A stretch of DNA of 64,000 nucleotides from positions 43,648,001 through 43,712,000 of the forward strand of contig NC_042999.1 in assembly GCF_006345805.1 (NCBI RefSeq), in the 5' to 3' direction. How positions within the stretch are numbered: the first letter of the stretch is position 1; each line of letters opens with the position of its first letter. Below, in pieces: positions 24,130-35,600 of the stretch. Both the position numbers and the translations under genes were made by a program. The notes under the pieces are model-generated. The model was not told where the DNA came from. It searched no databases and saw only the letters and a program-made list of their open reading frames with translations. The stretch is from Octopus sinensis (lineage: Eukaryota).

Positions 24130-25400
24130 GCATGCTCTGCATGTGAATACTATGACTTTTTTCAGCAGTAGATCAGCCCTGAATGAGAAAGACTTTGATG
24201 AAAAACTTTCCCACCATGACCATTCCATTTTTTTTTTTGTTCAAAGAACCATAGGCTACATTATCCATTGTATTCTTTTCAAAGGTGTTAAGAAGATGTT
24301 AAGATGTGATTTGAAAGAGTTTTACCTGTTATTTCAAGTAGGTCTAACAACGAAGGAGAGAGGTTTTCCTTATTGACTTGAATGGTCTGGTATGGAACAT
24401 AGAGAAGGGTTTTTGCAGGCTAATTTGGAATGGTTCCACAGTCTAACTTGGAATATAGAGCTACAGTGATGTAGAGTATCAGTGACTTGGTTAGGTATGG
24501 TGAAAAACTTTGTTCTTCAACCAGCTGTCTGGAACAAGGAAAACAATTAACAATTGATAATAACTTTTTAACTTAGGCACAAGACCAAGCATTTTGTGGG
24601 GAAGGTACAAGTCAGTGACATTGATTCATGTACTTGACAGGTATTTATTTTGTCACTGAAAGAAAAAAAGAAACCAGATAAGCAAATGGAAATGAAGAAA
24701 ATTCTTCAATTATAGTAGGTAAAAATTTGAATAATTTGAATGAGAAAGGTGTCATTTCAAGTATATTGACAAATGCCTAGATGGATACGTAGTGAAATAT
24801 CTTTCAGCTGATAAAGTTTCGTTTACTTTCCTAACACACATGGCAATTGGTGCAAACTTGCCATACTTCTTCAACAGAACGGAAAATGATGGATAACATA
24901 TTTTTATGACATGAAGCATTCTTCTTATACCAGTAATTCTAAATGTGTAGTTGTTGAAGCAGTAGCACAAGTATGAGACAGATAATCAGTTGTAAAATTT
25001 TTCAAATCAGGTTCACAGTTTATAGAATGTGAGAGAGGAGAATGTTTGATTATCCAGCATATGATTTTATCATAGTTTTTATTATTGTTTCTGTCTGGTT
25101 TTCATTGTCAGATATAAATGAAATGAACCTTTGATCTGTCTCTAAATTAAAATGTTTTGTGAGGAAACGTTTCCATTTTCTCACGGCTTCAATAACTCTA
25201 TCAGCTTCTATGTTAACAATATGGTAATATTTTTTCTTCTCAGAATTAATTCAAGACCTTGACAAAATTCCACAGTCTACCATCTTGAGATAATGTTGCA
25301 GTTATAGTCTCATCAGTAGCATCTGTAAAGGACAAATTATTATTGATAGCAACCACAGCTGCTCATTTAATAGCATTTTAAATAGAAATGCTACATTTCA
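24130..25400 (-). pseudogene. Ty3/Gypsy pol relic (RNase H plus integrase)
   Basis: Manual translation gives TDATDETITATLSQDGR, EKKYYHIVNIEADRVIEAVRKWKRFLTKHFNLETDQR, SVEEVWQVCTNCHVC (HHCC zinc finger) and EYNG. Many stops; no LTRs seen. Confidence 0.7.
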
Positions 25401-25580
25401 TAGTATCTTGATAAGGGTAACTTATACTAACTAAACAGCCTAGTCTTTGAAGAGTAAGAAAAGCACAAGCATTGCTGTGTGATAAAAAAATTACTTTTCA
25501 ATCACATGGTTCCAGGTTCAGTCTTACTGTACCAATGCCTTATAAGTGGATTTGGTAAACAGAAACTGAAACGAACCTGT

Positions 25581-25626
<46 letters not shown>

Positions 25627-25689
25627 CATATAAGAGACCAAGTGTACATATCAGTGAACGTAACTGATATGAAATATGTCATAAATAAC

Positions 25690-25945
25690 AGTGACACATT
25701 GATATGACACCGCCAGAAAATGTTATGGCAGAAATTGTATTCACCTCAATAGACATCATTGATTGGTTGAAATTGCCGAAATGCAAGAAGTTAAACAACA
25801 AATAGCTTACAAACTACAGAATTTTCTCAAGAAAGCCAAGAGAAAAATATGTTTTATGTAACACTACCAGTATATGAAGTTTAAAAGTGTTTAGTTACAA
25901 AGAAATTATTTTAAAAATCTGCCGGTCAAAGCGAAAAAATACCAC
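25690..25945 (+). mobile_element. MITE related to 4700-5281
   Basis: Shares CTCAATAGAC..GATTGGTTGAAATT...CCAAGAGAAAA...CTACCAGTAT..AAGTTTAAAAGTGT. Confidence 0.7.
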
Positions 25946-26117
25946 ATTTGTACTGTCATACTGTCATTCATGCACACTGATATTGCACATACATAAAGCA
26001 TGCTCACTTCATTTCTTTCTAGTTATTCTACATTCAGGATCCAATCAAGCACCATACAGTTTGCCTTTTACTTTGTGAGAGAAGCCTTTTATTACTAGCC
26101 TCAGTCCACTTATGCAT

Positions 26118-26622
26118 ACCTTTCCTTCTTGGGACACAAAACCCTACTTGTGAAGACCTGTTGAGGCAAGTGAAAATCAAAAAATCAAAAATCAAAATCG
26201 ATCAACATGAATGGAAATTGTCACTGTGATATCAGTGCTGGTGGCACATAAGAGAACCATCCGAATGTGGCCGTTGCCAGTGCCGCCCTGACTGGCTTCC
26301 GTGCCGGTGGCACGTAAAAAGCACTATCCGATCATGGCTGTTTGCCAGCCTCGCCTGGCCTCCGTGCCGGTGGCACATAAAAAGCACCATTCGACCGTGG
26401 CCGTTTGCCAGACTTGTCTGGCACCTGTGCAGGTGGCACGTAAAAAGCACCCACTACACTCATTGAGTGGTTGGCGTTAGGAAGGGCATCCAGCCATAGA
26501 AACATTGCCAGATCAGACTGGGCCTGGTGCGGTCTTCTGGCTTCCCAGATCCCCAGTTGCACCATCCAACCCATGCTAGCATGGAAAGCAGACCCTAAAC
26601 GATGATGATGATGATGATGATA
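26118..26622 (+). mobile_element. RTE 3' UTR-only insertion with (GAT)n tail
   Basis: Same GGTGGCACGTAAAAAGCAC units and tail as the RTE copies. Confidence 0.85.
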
Positions 26623-27114
26623 GGTAATAGCCCTCTGAAGACACTTGCACAAGGTGATGCTCAGTAGGACTGAACCTACAACAAGTGGTTTCAAAGCTAA
26701 CTTCTTAACCACATAGCCCAAAAAAAATCACAGTAAAAAAAATTTGCTACAATGTCAGCTTTTTGTCTGGTCTTGCTTTCTTGTTCATTTTGTTTCAATA
26801 ATTGATAATTTTTAAATTGATTTAAAGAAAGTTTCAGCTATAAATACTTTAATCAATTTAAAAGAGACACATCTCGCCAGTAGCCATTATTAACATTAGT
26901 AATGGAAGGTGTAAGACAGTGAAAAGACATAACTGTTTATATAGATAAGCAGTTCTTATCGTAACTCTTGGAATATTGCTTAAAAAAAGAAAGCATGGTT
27001 ATTGGTTAATGCTTACATAAACAGAACACAATTGATAGTTTCTAGTTTTGTCTGGAACTAAGTTTACACCCCCCCCACACACACACATGCATAAATGCTA
27101 CAACAGTAATATTG

Positions 27115-27318
27115 ATTTCAAGTTTTGGCACAACGCCAGCAATTTTGGGCGAGTCAGTTACATCAGCTCAAGGGTTCAACTAGTACTTATTTTATCGACC
27201 CCGAGAGGATTAAAGGGAAAATCGACCTTGGCAGAATTTGAACTCAGAACATAAAGACTGACAAAACGCAGCCAGGCATTTTATCTGGAATGCTAACAAT
27301 TCTGTTAGTTTGCCACCT
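27115..27318 (-). mobile_element. SINE family B, tail variant i
   Basis: Reverse complement of the family B consensus. Confidence 0.7.
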
Positions 27319-27901
27319 TGCTACAACAGTAATATTAAACTGTTTGATTATTGGTTAGCTTTGAGTTTACAAACATTGAAATGAAATCAAAGAGTGGTTG
27401 CTCTAATTGTAAGAAATAACAGTCAGATCACCCTCAAATCATGCTTTACCGACATGAAAAGAAGACATCGATAACGTAATTTGAGAAACGCTATGTCTGA
27501 ATAAAAAGACTGCATAGTTACAGCTGGAATCTATTTGATCTTTGGACCGGCCTGGAACAACACCACCGTCACCTCACCACAAACAACAACAAATCATCAT
27601 CATCATCATCAAAAGTAGCAGCTTCCACTTTTGTCTGGAATTAACCAGGGATATCAAAAAAAAAAAGAAGAAAAAAAAGAAAAAAGAAATATCAACAATC
27701 AATGCAATGTTAAAATGTTTGGGTTATTGGATAGCTTCTTGATAAACAGAATGGAATGGTAGCTTTGAATTTTGTCTGGTGTTGGCCAAAGATATAAAAA
27801 TCATCCAACTCCAAAACAAGAATCCGGTCAATAATAGCAACAAGGGATATTACCAGAATATAATATAATGATACAATTTTGAAATATATATGTATATATA
27901 T

Positions 27902-28240
27902 GTTACGGAGATGTACTTGCATAGCGAGTGACTTGATCTGAGATCGTGTGCTGGAACGAAAACAATTGCAGCGTGGAAGGTGTTTATAAGCCATTTAAGA
28001 AACACACAAAACCGTTAGATTCACTTCAACATTTAAATTTAATTTGTCAAAATATTTTCGTCGCTTTGAGACAAAACTGACAAAACTTCGTGATGCAGCA
28101 CGAAGTTTTGTCAGCGAACAGGTTGCGGTCTCAAAGCGACAAAAATATTTTGACAAATTAAATTTAAATGTTGAAGTGAATCTAACGGTTTTGTGTGATT
28201 CTTAAATGGCTTATAAACACCTTCCACGCTGCAATTGTTT
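27902..28240. mobile_element. Foldback/MITE-like element with about 112-bp inverted arms and a nested 16-bp perfect hairpin
   Basis: 27959-28071 is the reverse complement of 28128-28240. The inner hairpin is CTGACAAAACTTCGTG-atgcag-CACGAAGTTTTGTCAG. Confidence 0.85.
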
Positions 28241-28724
28241 ATGTATATATGATTTAGATTAAAGTGTTAGGTGAGTACAGAGTGTAATATGAAATTTGAA
28301 GAAGTGACAAGGGAACAAGGATTGCATGCTCAACTGTCACTGTCATTCCATTAATTTTATATTACACTCTGTAATTGTCTAATGCTTTATTTTGAAGCAT
28401 GTATATTGAGTTCTGACAGTGGATTATTAGTGTTGCTATGCCTAAGCAAAATCCTTATGTGTATATAAATGTGCCTTTCTATATATATATACACATACAA
28501 ATGTGTGTGTGTGTGTGTGTAGATACAGATAGGAAAGTAGATTGATTGACAGATAGACAGACAGACCAGTCGATGACCCAATATATGTGTGTGTGTGTGT
28601 GTGTAGATATAACCCTATTCAGTAACCAAAAATGCTCAACTTTAATAAATTACAGTCTATGTTACAAGCTCTCTTTACTCTTTTAACTCTTTTATTTGTT
28701 CATCTGTTCCTCTCTTTCTCTTTT

Positions 28725-29127
28725 TTTTCTCTTTTACTTGTTTCAGTTATTTGACTGTGGCCATGCTGGAGCACCACCTTTAGTCGAGCAAATCAACCCC
28801 AGGACTTATTCTTTGTAAGCCCAGTACTTATTCTATCGGTCTCTTTTGCCAAACCGCTAAGTTACGGAGACGTAAACACACCAGCATCAGTTGTCAAGCG
28901 ATGTTAGGGGGGACAAATACAGATACACAAACACATACACACATATATACATATATATATACATATATATGACGGGCTTCTTTCAGTTTCCGTCTACCAA
29001 ATCCACTCACAAGGCTTTGGTCGGCCTGAGGCTATAGTAGAAGACACTTGTCAAAGGTGCCACGCAGTGGGACTGAACCCTGAATCATGTGGTTGGTAAG
29101 CAAGCTACTTACCACACAGCCACTCCT
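28725..29127 (-). mobile_element. SINE family A
   Basis: Full-length consensus match. Confidence 0.9.
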
Positions 29128-31100
29128 TGAGTTTTTCTTTTTTTTTTTTGTTTTCTTTTTGTTCTAAGAAGCCAGCATGCTTCAGGCTTTGGTGCAGTTT
29201 CCATCTACCAAATTTCACTTGTAAGACATTTGTCAGTCTGAAGCTAAAGTAAAAAATTTATTACCAAGTTTTCACACAGCAGGATTGAACCCAGAATCAT
29301 ATTTTAGGGATTTGAACCCCAACCCTGAGATATTCAGTTAAGGGTCATGAATAATCTATCACCGTTTCATGTGATCAATCTCTAAATTGATCAATCAGCA
29401 TGAAGCTATGGTGTGATATGGCTCTTCACATTATCTAAAATTTGCTTGCTTTTCACCCTGTAAAAACTGTTTGGTGCCAACTCAGCCAAATGGTCTCAGC
29501 AGGTGGCTAATACAAGACAGCCTCAGGCATTTGCATAGACCACTTTGGGCACTCACAGAAGGCAGACTGCTAAGACCAGACCACTCTTGGCATTCAGACA
29601 GATCACTTTGAGTAATGACAACTCCAGACACCCACACATGATATACCACATGTAACCTTCTACAGTTACAGCATGGTTCTCTCCTCCCAGTCAGTGGTTA
29701 TATTATCAAACATCTTTATTTTGTAAACAGCCAATGCAATAAATCATGTTCAGCAATAAATATGTTAAAAGTTAAAAAGTTTGTGAGCTGCTTCATTTAT
29801 TATGCATGCAGCTAGCTAGACCGCATGACGATGGTCTCTACAGCATCCGCCACCACCAAACATTCTCCTCACAGCAATATGGTTACAAAACAAACCTCTT
29901 ACTCACAGAGTCATATCTGTGCTAATGATTGTTAATCACAAAGAAATATCAATCTTCAAGTTGAAACCTAGCTTTAAAGGTTTGTATTCTGTGTTCATTA
30001 GCTTTTATTCTTCTGATTAGATTATTTAATAAAAATATTTCTCATGATGACTGAAATCTAATTAATACTATTTTCTAATATTTTCTGCATATATTATTAG
30101 CGACGATTTAAAATGGAGTTCTTTCACTTGCTTTTATCTACTTGCTGTCCACCTTTGATTTCTCGCTCTTTAAGATTTAAAATAAAATAAGAAACTGTCA
30201 TTATCCTACTTTACTTAAAGAATTTAGATTTAGTATGCTTATTGTTTTTATTTTCATTCTTTTATTATAATTTCCATTTCAGCTCATGAGGTTTCTTTTT
30301 TGTTTTTAAATCTTACAAATTGAGTCAGTAATGAGAAAGGAAATGTTAAAAAGAATCTGTTTTCTGAATTCCAGCTTAATCCACTGATAAAACTTCATTC
30401 AATGATAATATCCTTAATTCCTTTGATAACTTTAATCCTCTAATCTAATCTTTACACTATCTCTATAACTGTCATTACAAAAGTAAATTACCATATTGCT
30501 CAACTTGTTAACATTGCTTCACAATTACATTACCTTATTAATCATTAAGCACTTCAATTCAATTATTATTTGTAATAATATGAATTCAAATTCAAATTAA
30601 TATTAATGAGTTGGTAAAGGGACCATCATAAAAATTAAAGTTTTATCAAATCAACTGTCAGCAACTTCATTTTGTAATGGGCCATTGTTGATTTTCTTTT
30701 ATGCTTGCTTATTTAAGGGCCACTGTCAGTCAATGATTACCATGCATCTGCACATGTATGTGCAAGTCTAGATGAAATTTTTCAAGGAAGATTAGCAAGT
30801 TTTATGTCCATATGCTCAATGTTGTCCAAGAGATAACCCATTACTTGAGGGCTGATACAGTTTGGCACAAGTACCATCTCAAGTGTGGCTGTCAGAATGT
30901 GAAGATCTAAGAACAGGTACTGCAAGGCATTGTCTCCGACACTAACAATTCCACCAACCACTACCATGGATTGGTAAAAGGCAAACGTGACTTCACTGGA
31001 ATTTGAACTCAGAGAACAAAATTGCAATAAATACCACAAGGCATTCACTCTAATGACCTGACCAGTTTACTGTCTTCCTTGCCTGTCTGTGTCATATAAG

Positions 31101-31262
31101 GTAGCGAGCTGGCAGAAATGTTAGCATGCTGGGCAAAATGTTTAGCAGTATTTCGTCTGCTTTATGTTCTGAGTTCAGATTCCGCCAAGGTTGACTTTGC
31201 CTTTCATCCTTTCAGCGTTGATAAATTAAGTACCAGTTGCATACTGGGGTCGATCTAATCAG
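31101..31262 (+). mobile_element. SINE family B
   Basis: GGTAGCGAGCTGGCAGAA head and central block. Confidence 0.75.
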
Positions 31263-31580
31263 CTAAAAAGTACCAGAGTTAAGAAAAATAAATGAGTACT
31301 GGGGTCCATTTTGTTAGTTAAACCCTTTAAGGCAATGCCCCAGCATGGCCACAGTCCAATGAGTGAAACAAGATAGATAAATATCTACCCACTTTGCCAT
31401 CACTTGCAATGTGTACATAAGCAAAAATAAAGTAAGTTGTGCCACAAAAGACTATCTAAACCCATTGATGGCCCACAAATACAATAAATTTGAAAAGTTT
31501 ATTGGAACGATGTGAGGCCCACAGAGAACATTTCATTGGTCCATATGTGGGCCGTGGTCCTCTTGTTACCAACTTCTGTA

Positions 31581-31808
31581 TTAACCCTTTAGCATTCAAA
31601 TTACTCTATTAAATGTAATGCTTATTTGTTCTCTTTGCTTTGAATTAATCATTGCATTATTTCATAGCTTCAAGATTTCAATGAGGTGACAGTTTATTTT
31701 TAGAATGACATTGTAGGAAAGGCATGAGAGGCTGGATCTGGCTTGTTTGAACATAAAACAGGTAGAATATTTAGGCCAGGTATGGCCGGTTTGAATGTTA
31801 ACAAGTTT
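31581..31808. mobile_element. piggyBac-type MITE (degenerate right end)
   Basis: TTAA-CCCTTTAGCATT left end; AATGTTAACAAGTTTA is a decayed AATGCTAAAGGGTTAA. Confidence 0.5.
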
Positions 31809-31914
31809 AGCCTCTAGACCTGTTAACACACCATCTGAAGATTTGATGTCATATTCCATTCTATATTTTTAAATCCTGGAGTAGAAAAGAATAATAATAA
31901 TTTATTATTCTTTT

Positions 31915-32103
31915 CTACTCCAGGCACAAGACCAGAAATTTTTGGGGAGGGGGCCAGTTGATTAGATCGACCCCAGTATGCTGCTGGTATTTAATTTATC
32001 GATCCTGAAAGGATGAAAGGCAAAGTCAACCTTAGCAGAATTTGAACTCAAAACATAAAGACAGACAAAATACTGGTGTGCTAATGTTTCTGCCAGCTCA
32101 CCA
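31915..32103 (-). mobile_element. SINE family B, tail variant i
   Basis: Reverse complement of the consensus. Confidence 0.75.
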
Positions 32104-32149
32104 CATTTAAATATTATTATTATTAATATACAGTGAGTAAACATCAATC

Positions 32150-32525
32150 ATGTTGGCTCATGGTGCTGGGTTCAGTCCCACTGTGTGACACCTTGGGCAA
32201 ATGTCTTCAACTATTGCCTCTGGCTGACCAAATCCTTTTAAGTGGATTTGATAGATGAAAGCTGAAAGAAACCTGTTGTATACATACACACACACACACA
32301 CATGTGTGTGTGTGTGTGTCTTTGTGTCTGTTTCCCAACTTGACAACTTGTTGGTGTATTTACATCCCTGTTATTGAGTTGTTCAGCAAAAGAGACTGAT
32401 AGAATAAGTACCAGGTTTAAAAAAATAAAAATAATTACTGAGGCTGATTTGTTTGACAAAAAAATTCCTCAAAGGTGGTGCCCCAGCATGGCCTCAGCCT
32501 AATGACTGAAATGAGTAGAAAGAAA
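32150..32525 (+). mobile_element. SINE family A (older)
   Basis: GGTTCAGTCCC, CCTTGGGCAA and CCAGCATGGCC tail. Confidence 0.8.
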
Positions 32526-33059
32526 GAAAAAAGAAAGTTAAACATCACATTTTAAGGATGATTTAATGAAGAACCAAAATTCGAACCTTTTACATGTAGA
32601 CTCATTTATCACCGCTTCATTTATCACTGATCCACGATAATGTGGTATGCTCAATTGTCATCTTTGTTATGCTTAGTATGGATTGATCTGTGATTACATT
32701 GAGCAGCGATCAGTTGAACATTCTGCTTGTACTGCAGAAATGTGCCTCAGCAACCACCCACAATACTTAGCTTCCCAGAATACATTGATTATTGTTCATG
32801 TTTTCATGACTAAGCAGTGAGGCTGTGTATTTCTTATATATGTGGATTTATTTACTTGTACCCATCAACAAGGGACCAGTAAACAGAAAAATATATGAAG
32901 GTGCCCGATCCTAACAAATGATGCAGATGAGTGTTTTCTCTACAGGGATAAGTAGAGATAATCAAGAAAATATATGACTGTGGAAGCTTCACTATGGGTT
33001 TGGTGCCAATGAATTTACCATTATACATGCAAGCATGCCTTGTAGGTGCAGGCATAGCT

Positions 33060-33470
33060 TATAGGTGCCGGTGTGGCTGTGTAGTAAGAAATTTGCTTCC
33101 CTACCACATGGTTCTGGGTTCAGTCCCACTGCATGGCACCTTAGGCAAGTGTGTTCTACTTTAACCTCAGACCAACCAAAACCTTGTGAGTGGATTTGGT
33201 AGATGGGAGCTGAAAAAAACTTCATTGTATTTACCATTTTATTTACACACACACACACACGTATTTATGTGTGTGTGTCTTTGCGTTTGTGCTTGTCCGC
33301 CATCACTGCTTCACACCTGGTGTTGATTTATTTATATCTCTATAATTTAGCAGTTCAACAAAAGACTGATAGGATAAAATAACTACTGAGGTTGATTTGT
33401 TTAAGCAAACCTTTCAAGATAGTAGCCTGGCATGGCTGCTGTCCAATGAGTAAACCAAGAGAAAGATAAA
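33060..33470 (+). mobile_element. SINE family A (older)
   Basis: Same motifs as the other family A copies. Confidence 0.8.
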
Positions 33471-33527
33471 AGATTTGTTTCATTTACAAAGAAAAAGAAA
33501 AAAGTAAAGTTACCTTTTTGAGTTGCA

Positions 33528-33754
33528 CCTACTCATAAGGTCTGTTTTCCCAGTTTCATAGCATATAAATTCTCCTCTTGGATGAGACACCAGTCTGTCA
33601 CAGGTTTACTCATTTTTGTCAGCTGAGTGGACTGAAACAATGTAAAATGAAGAGCTTTGCTCCATAACACAACACTCTGCCTGGTCCAGGAATCAAATCC
33701 ACAATCTTATGATCATGAGTCCAACACCCTATCCACTAAGCCATGCACCTCCAC
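33528..33754 (-). mobile_element. tRNA-derived SINE family D; a related fragment lies at about 22940-23075 (+)
   Basis: Minus strand reads GTGGAGGTGCATGGCTTAGTGG...GATTCCTGGACC...CAGTCCACTCAGCTG. Confidence 0.65.
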
Positions 33755-33888
33755 AAAGTGCATGGAAATAATTCCTTTATCACCATTTTTTTTTTAACCA
33801 AACCCCTGTGATAAACAAGTATAGGTATATTTGATAAGCAGTTCGATCACTGATTTACTTTAGTACTTATTTTATCAATGTTGACTAG

Positions 33889-34273
33889 GCATAGGAGTGG
33901 CTGTGTGGTAAGTAGCTTGCTTACCAACTACATGGTACCGGGTTCAGTCCCACTGCATGGCACCTTGGGCAAGTGTCTTCTACTATAGCCTTGGCCCAAC
34001 CAAAACCTTGCGAGTGGATTTGGTAGATGGAAACTGAAAGAAGCCCATCGTATATATGTATGTGTGTGTGTGTCTGTATTTGTCCCCCAACATCGCTTGA
34101 CAACTGATGCTGGTGTATTTACGTCCCTGTAACTTAGCGGTTCAGTGAAAGAGACCAATAGAATAAGTACTAGGTTTACAAAGAATAAATCCTGGGGTCG
34201 ATTTGCTCGACTAAAGGAGGTGCTCCAGCATGGCCACAGTCAGATGACTGAAACAAATAAAAGAGTAAAAGAG
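33889..34273 (+). mobile_element. SINE family A
   Basis: Full-length, with an (AAAAGAGT) tail. Confidence 0.9.
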
Positions 34274-35278
34274 TATGCAGTAGGTATGTGGTTATTTTGA
34301 AAATACCTCATGGAGTGATGACTATGCTTTACACAGTTATGGATTGCCCTTTGGCAAGGTATAGCACCCGTTGGCTACCCTGCCAGGTATATGGCAAAGA
34401 AATGGGACTGCAGCATGGTGGATTGTGAGGAGGTAGTGGAAGAGCTCAACTGAGCCAACAGGGCTCCTTACATTGATGCTGAGTGGAGGAATTAGAGAAG
34501 TTCAACAGACAGGATCCACCAATCTGTCAGGAGAGTAACTGCAATGCATCCATAGGGGCAAGCATCCGTGGTTGTATAATCAGCTAGTGGAAAATTCACC
34601 ATGACTCAATCAAGCTCCCGATTCAAATTCATAATAATGGAATTGGATGGTGACAAAGAGTCATGGGAATCCATGAAAATAGCATGTCAGAAAAGACTAT
34701 GCAAGAAGGTAAAAGAGTCAAGCATTTGTAGATTATGAGTTCAAACCTAGCATAAGCAATTTGTTCTGCCTCTGTGTAACAATACACTTTATTTTACATT
34801 GCTGTCATTCACTTAACTGTTGGCGGTCATATCTATACCAATGGTGTACAGCTACCTCAGACCACAGTCTACTAACCATCTCTACTTTCTGTGTTCAACA
34901 GACCTTAAGCATTGAAGTCCTCTCCTACCATGTAGAATTCAATTATACATCTTTGTCTTCTTCCCAATCACACTTAAGTTTGTGGCAATAATTGATTTAC
35001 TCAAGACCATCTTTTATACATGGTTGTGCAGATTTCCCCTTCAGTTGCTCCATCAAAGGAAGTGTAGAAAATTAAGATTCGACTAATGGTGAAGAAGAAA
35101 TACATAGGAAATTGCTACAAACTATTTAATTCTATAGAAAATACAAAATAGGAATATCTATATTCCAAGTACTGAGTTTTATAGCAGATAATATTTCCAC
35201 CCTTACAGAATGTATACATGTACATGATTTACAATTCCTACATTATGGTATATATATATATATATAGCAATGATACAT

Positions 35279-35318
<40 letters not shown>

Positions 35319-35567
35319 CATTGCTATTATGTTAAACTGTTGTATGTCCAAATTTGGCCAAATGCATTTTTTTTCAATATTTATTTTTCTTGCAATAGGT
35401 GACTTTTTTTGTCAGACTATTGTATCTCCAGCTGCTTCAGATGCCAAGATATCAAAAATTGTCAAAGTGTAGTACAATGGTTTTGCTATGGAATGGTGAC
35501 ACTATTTTTTTCATTTTCTGAAAAAGCAATGTTTTGGACTTATGACACTCTTGCAGTAATACCAACA

Positions 35568-35600
<33 letters not shown>

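Noticed and set aside
25260-25336. Apparent minus-strand host exon after a strong splice acceptor
   Set aside because: Translates as the Gypsy RNase H motif and continues in both directions as pol relic.
32930-33020. Plus-strand acceptor followed by a QEN.YDCG-like protease motif
   Set aside because: Requires a frameshift, other frames are closed, and there is no further support.
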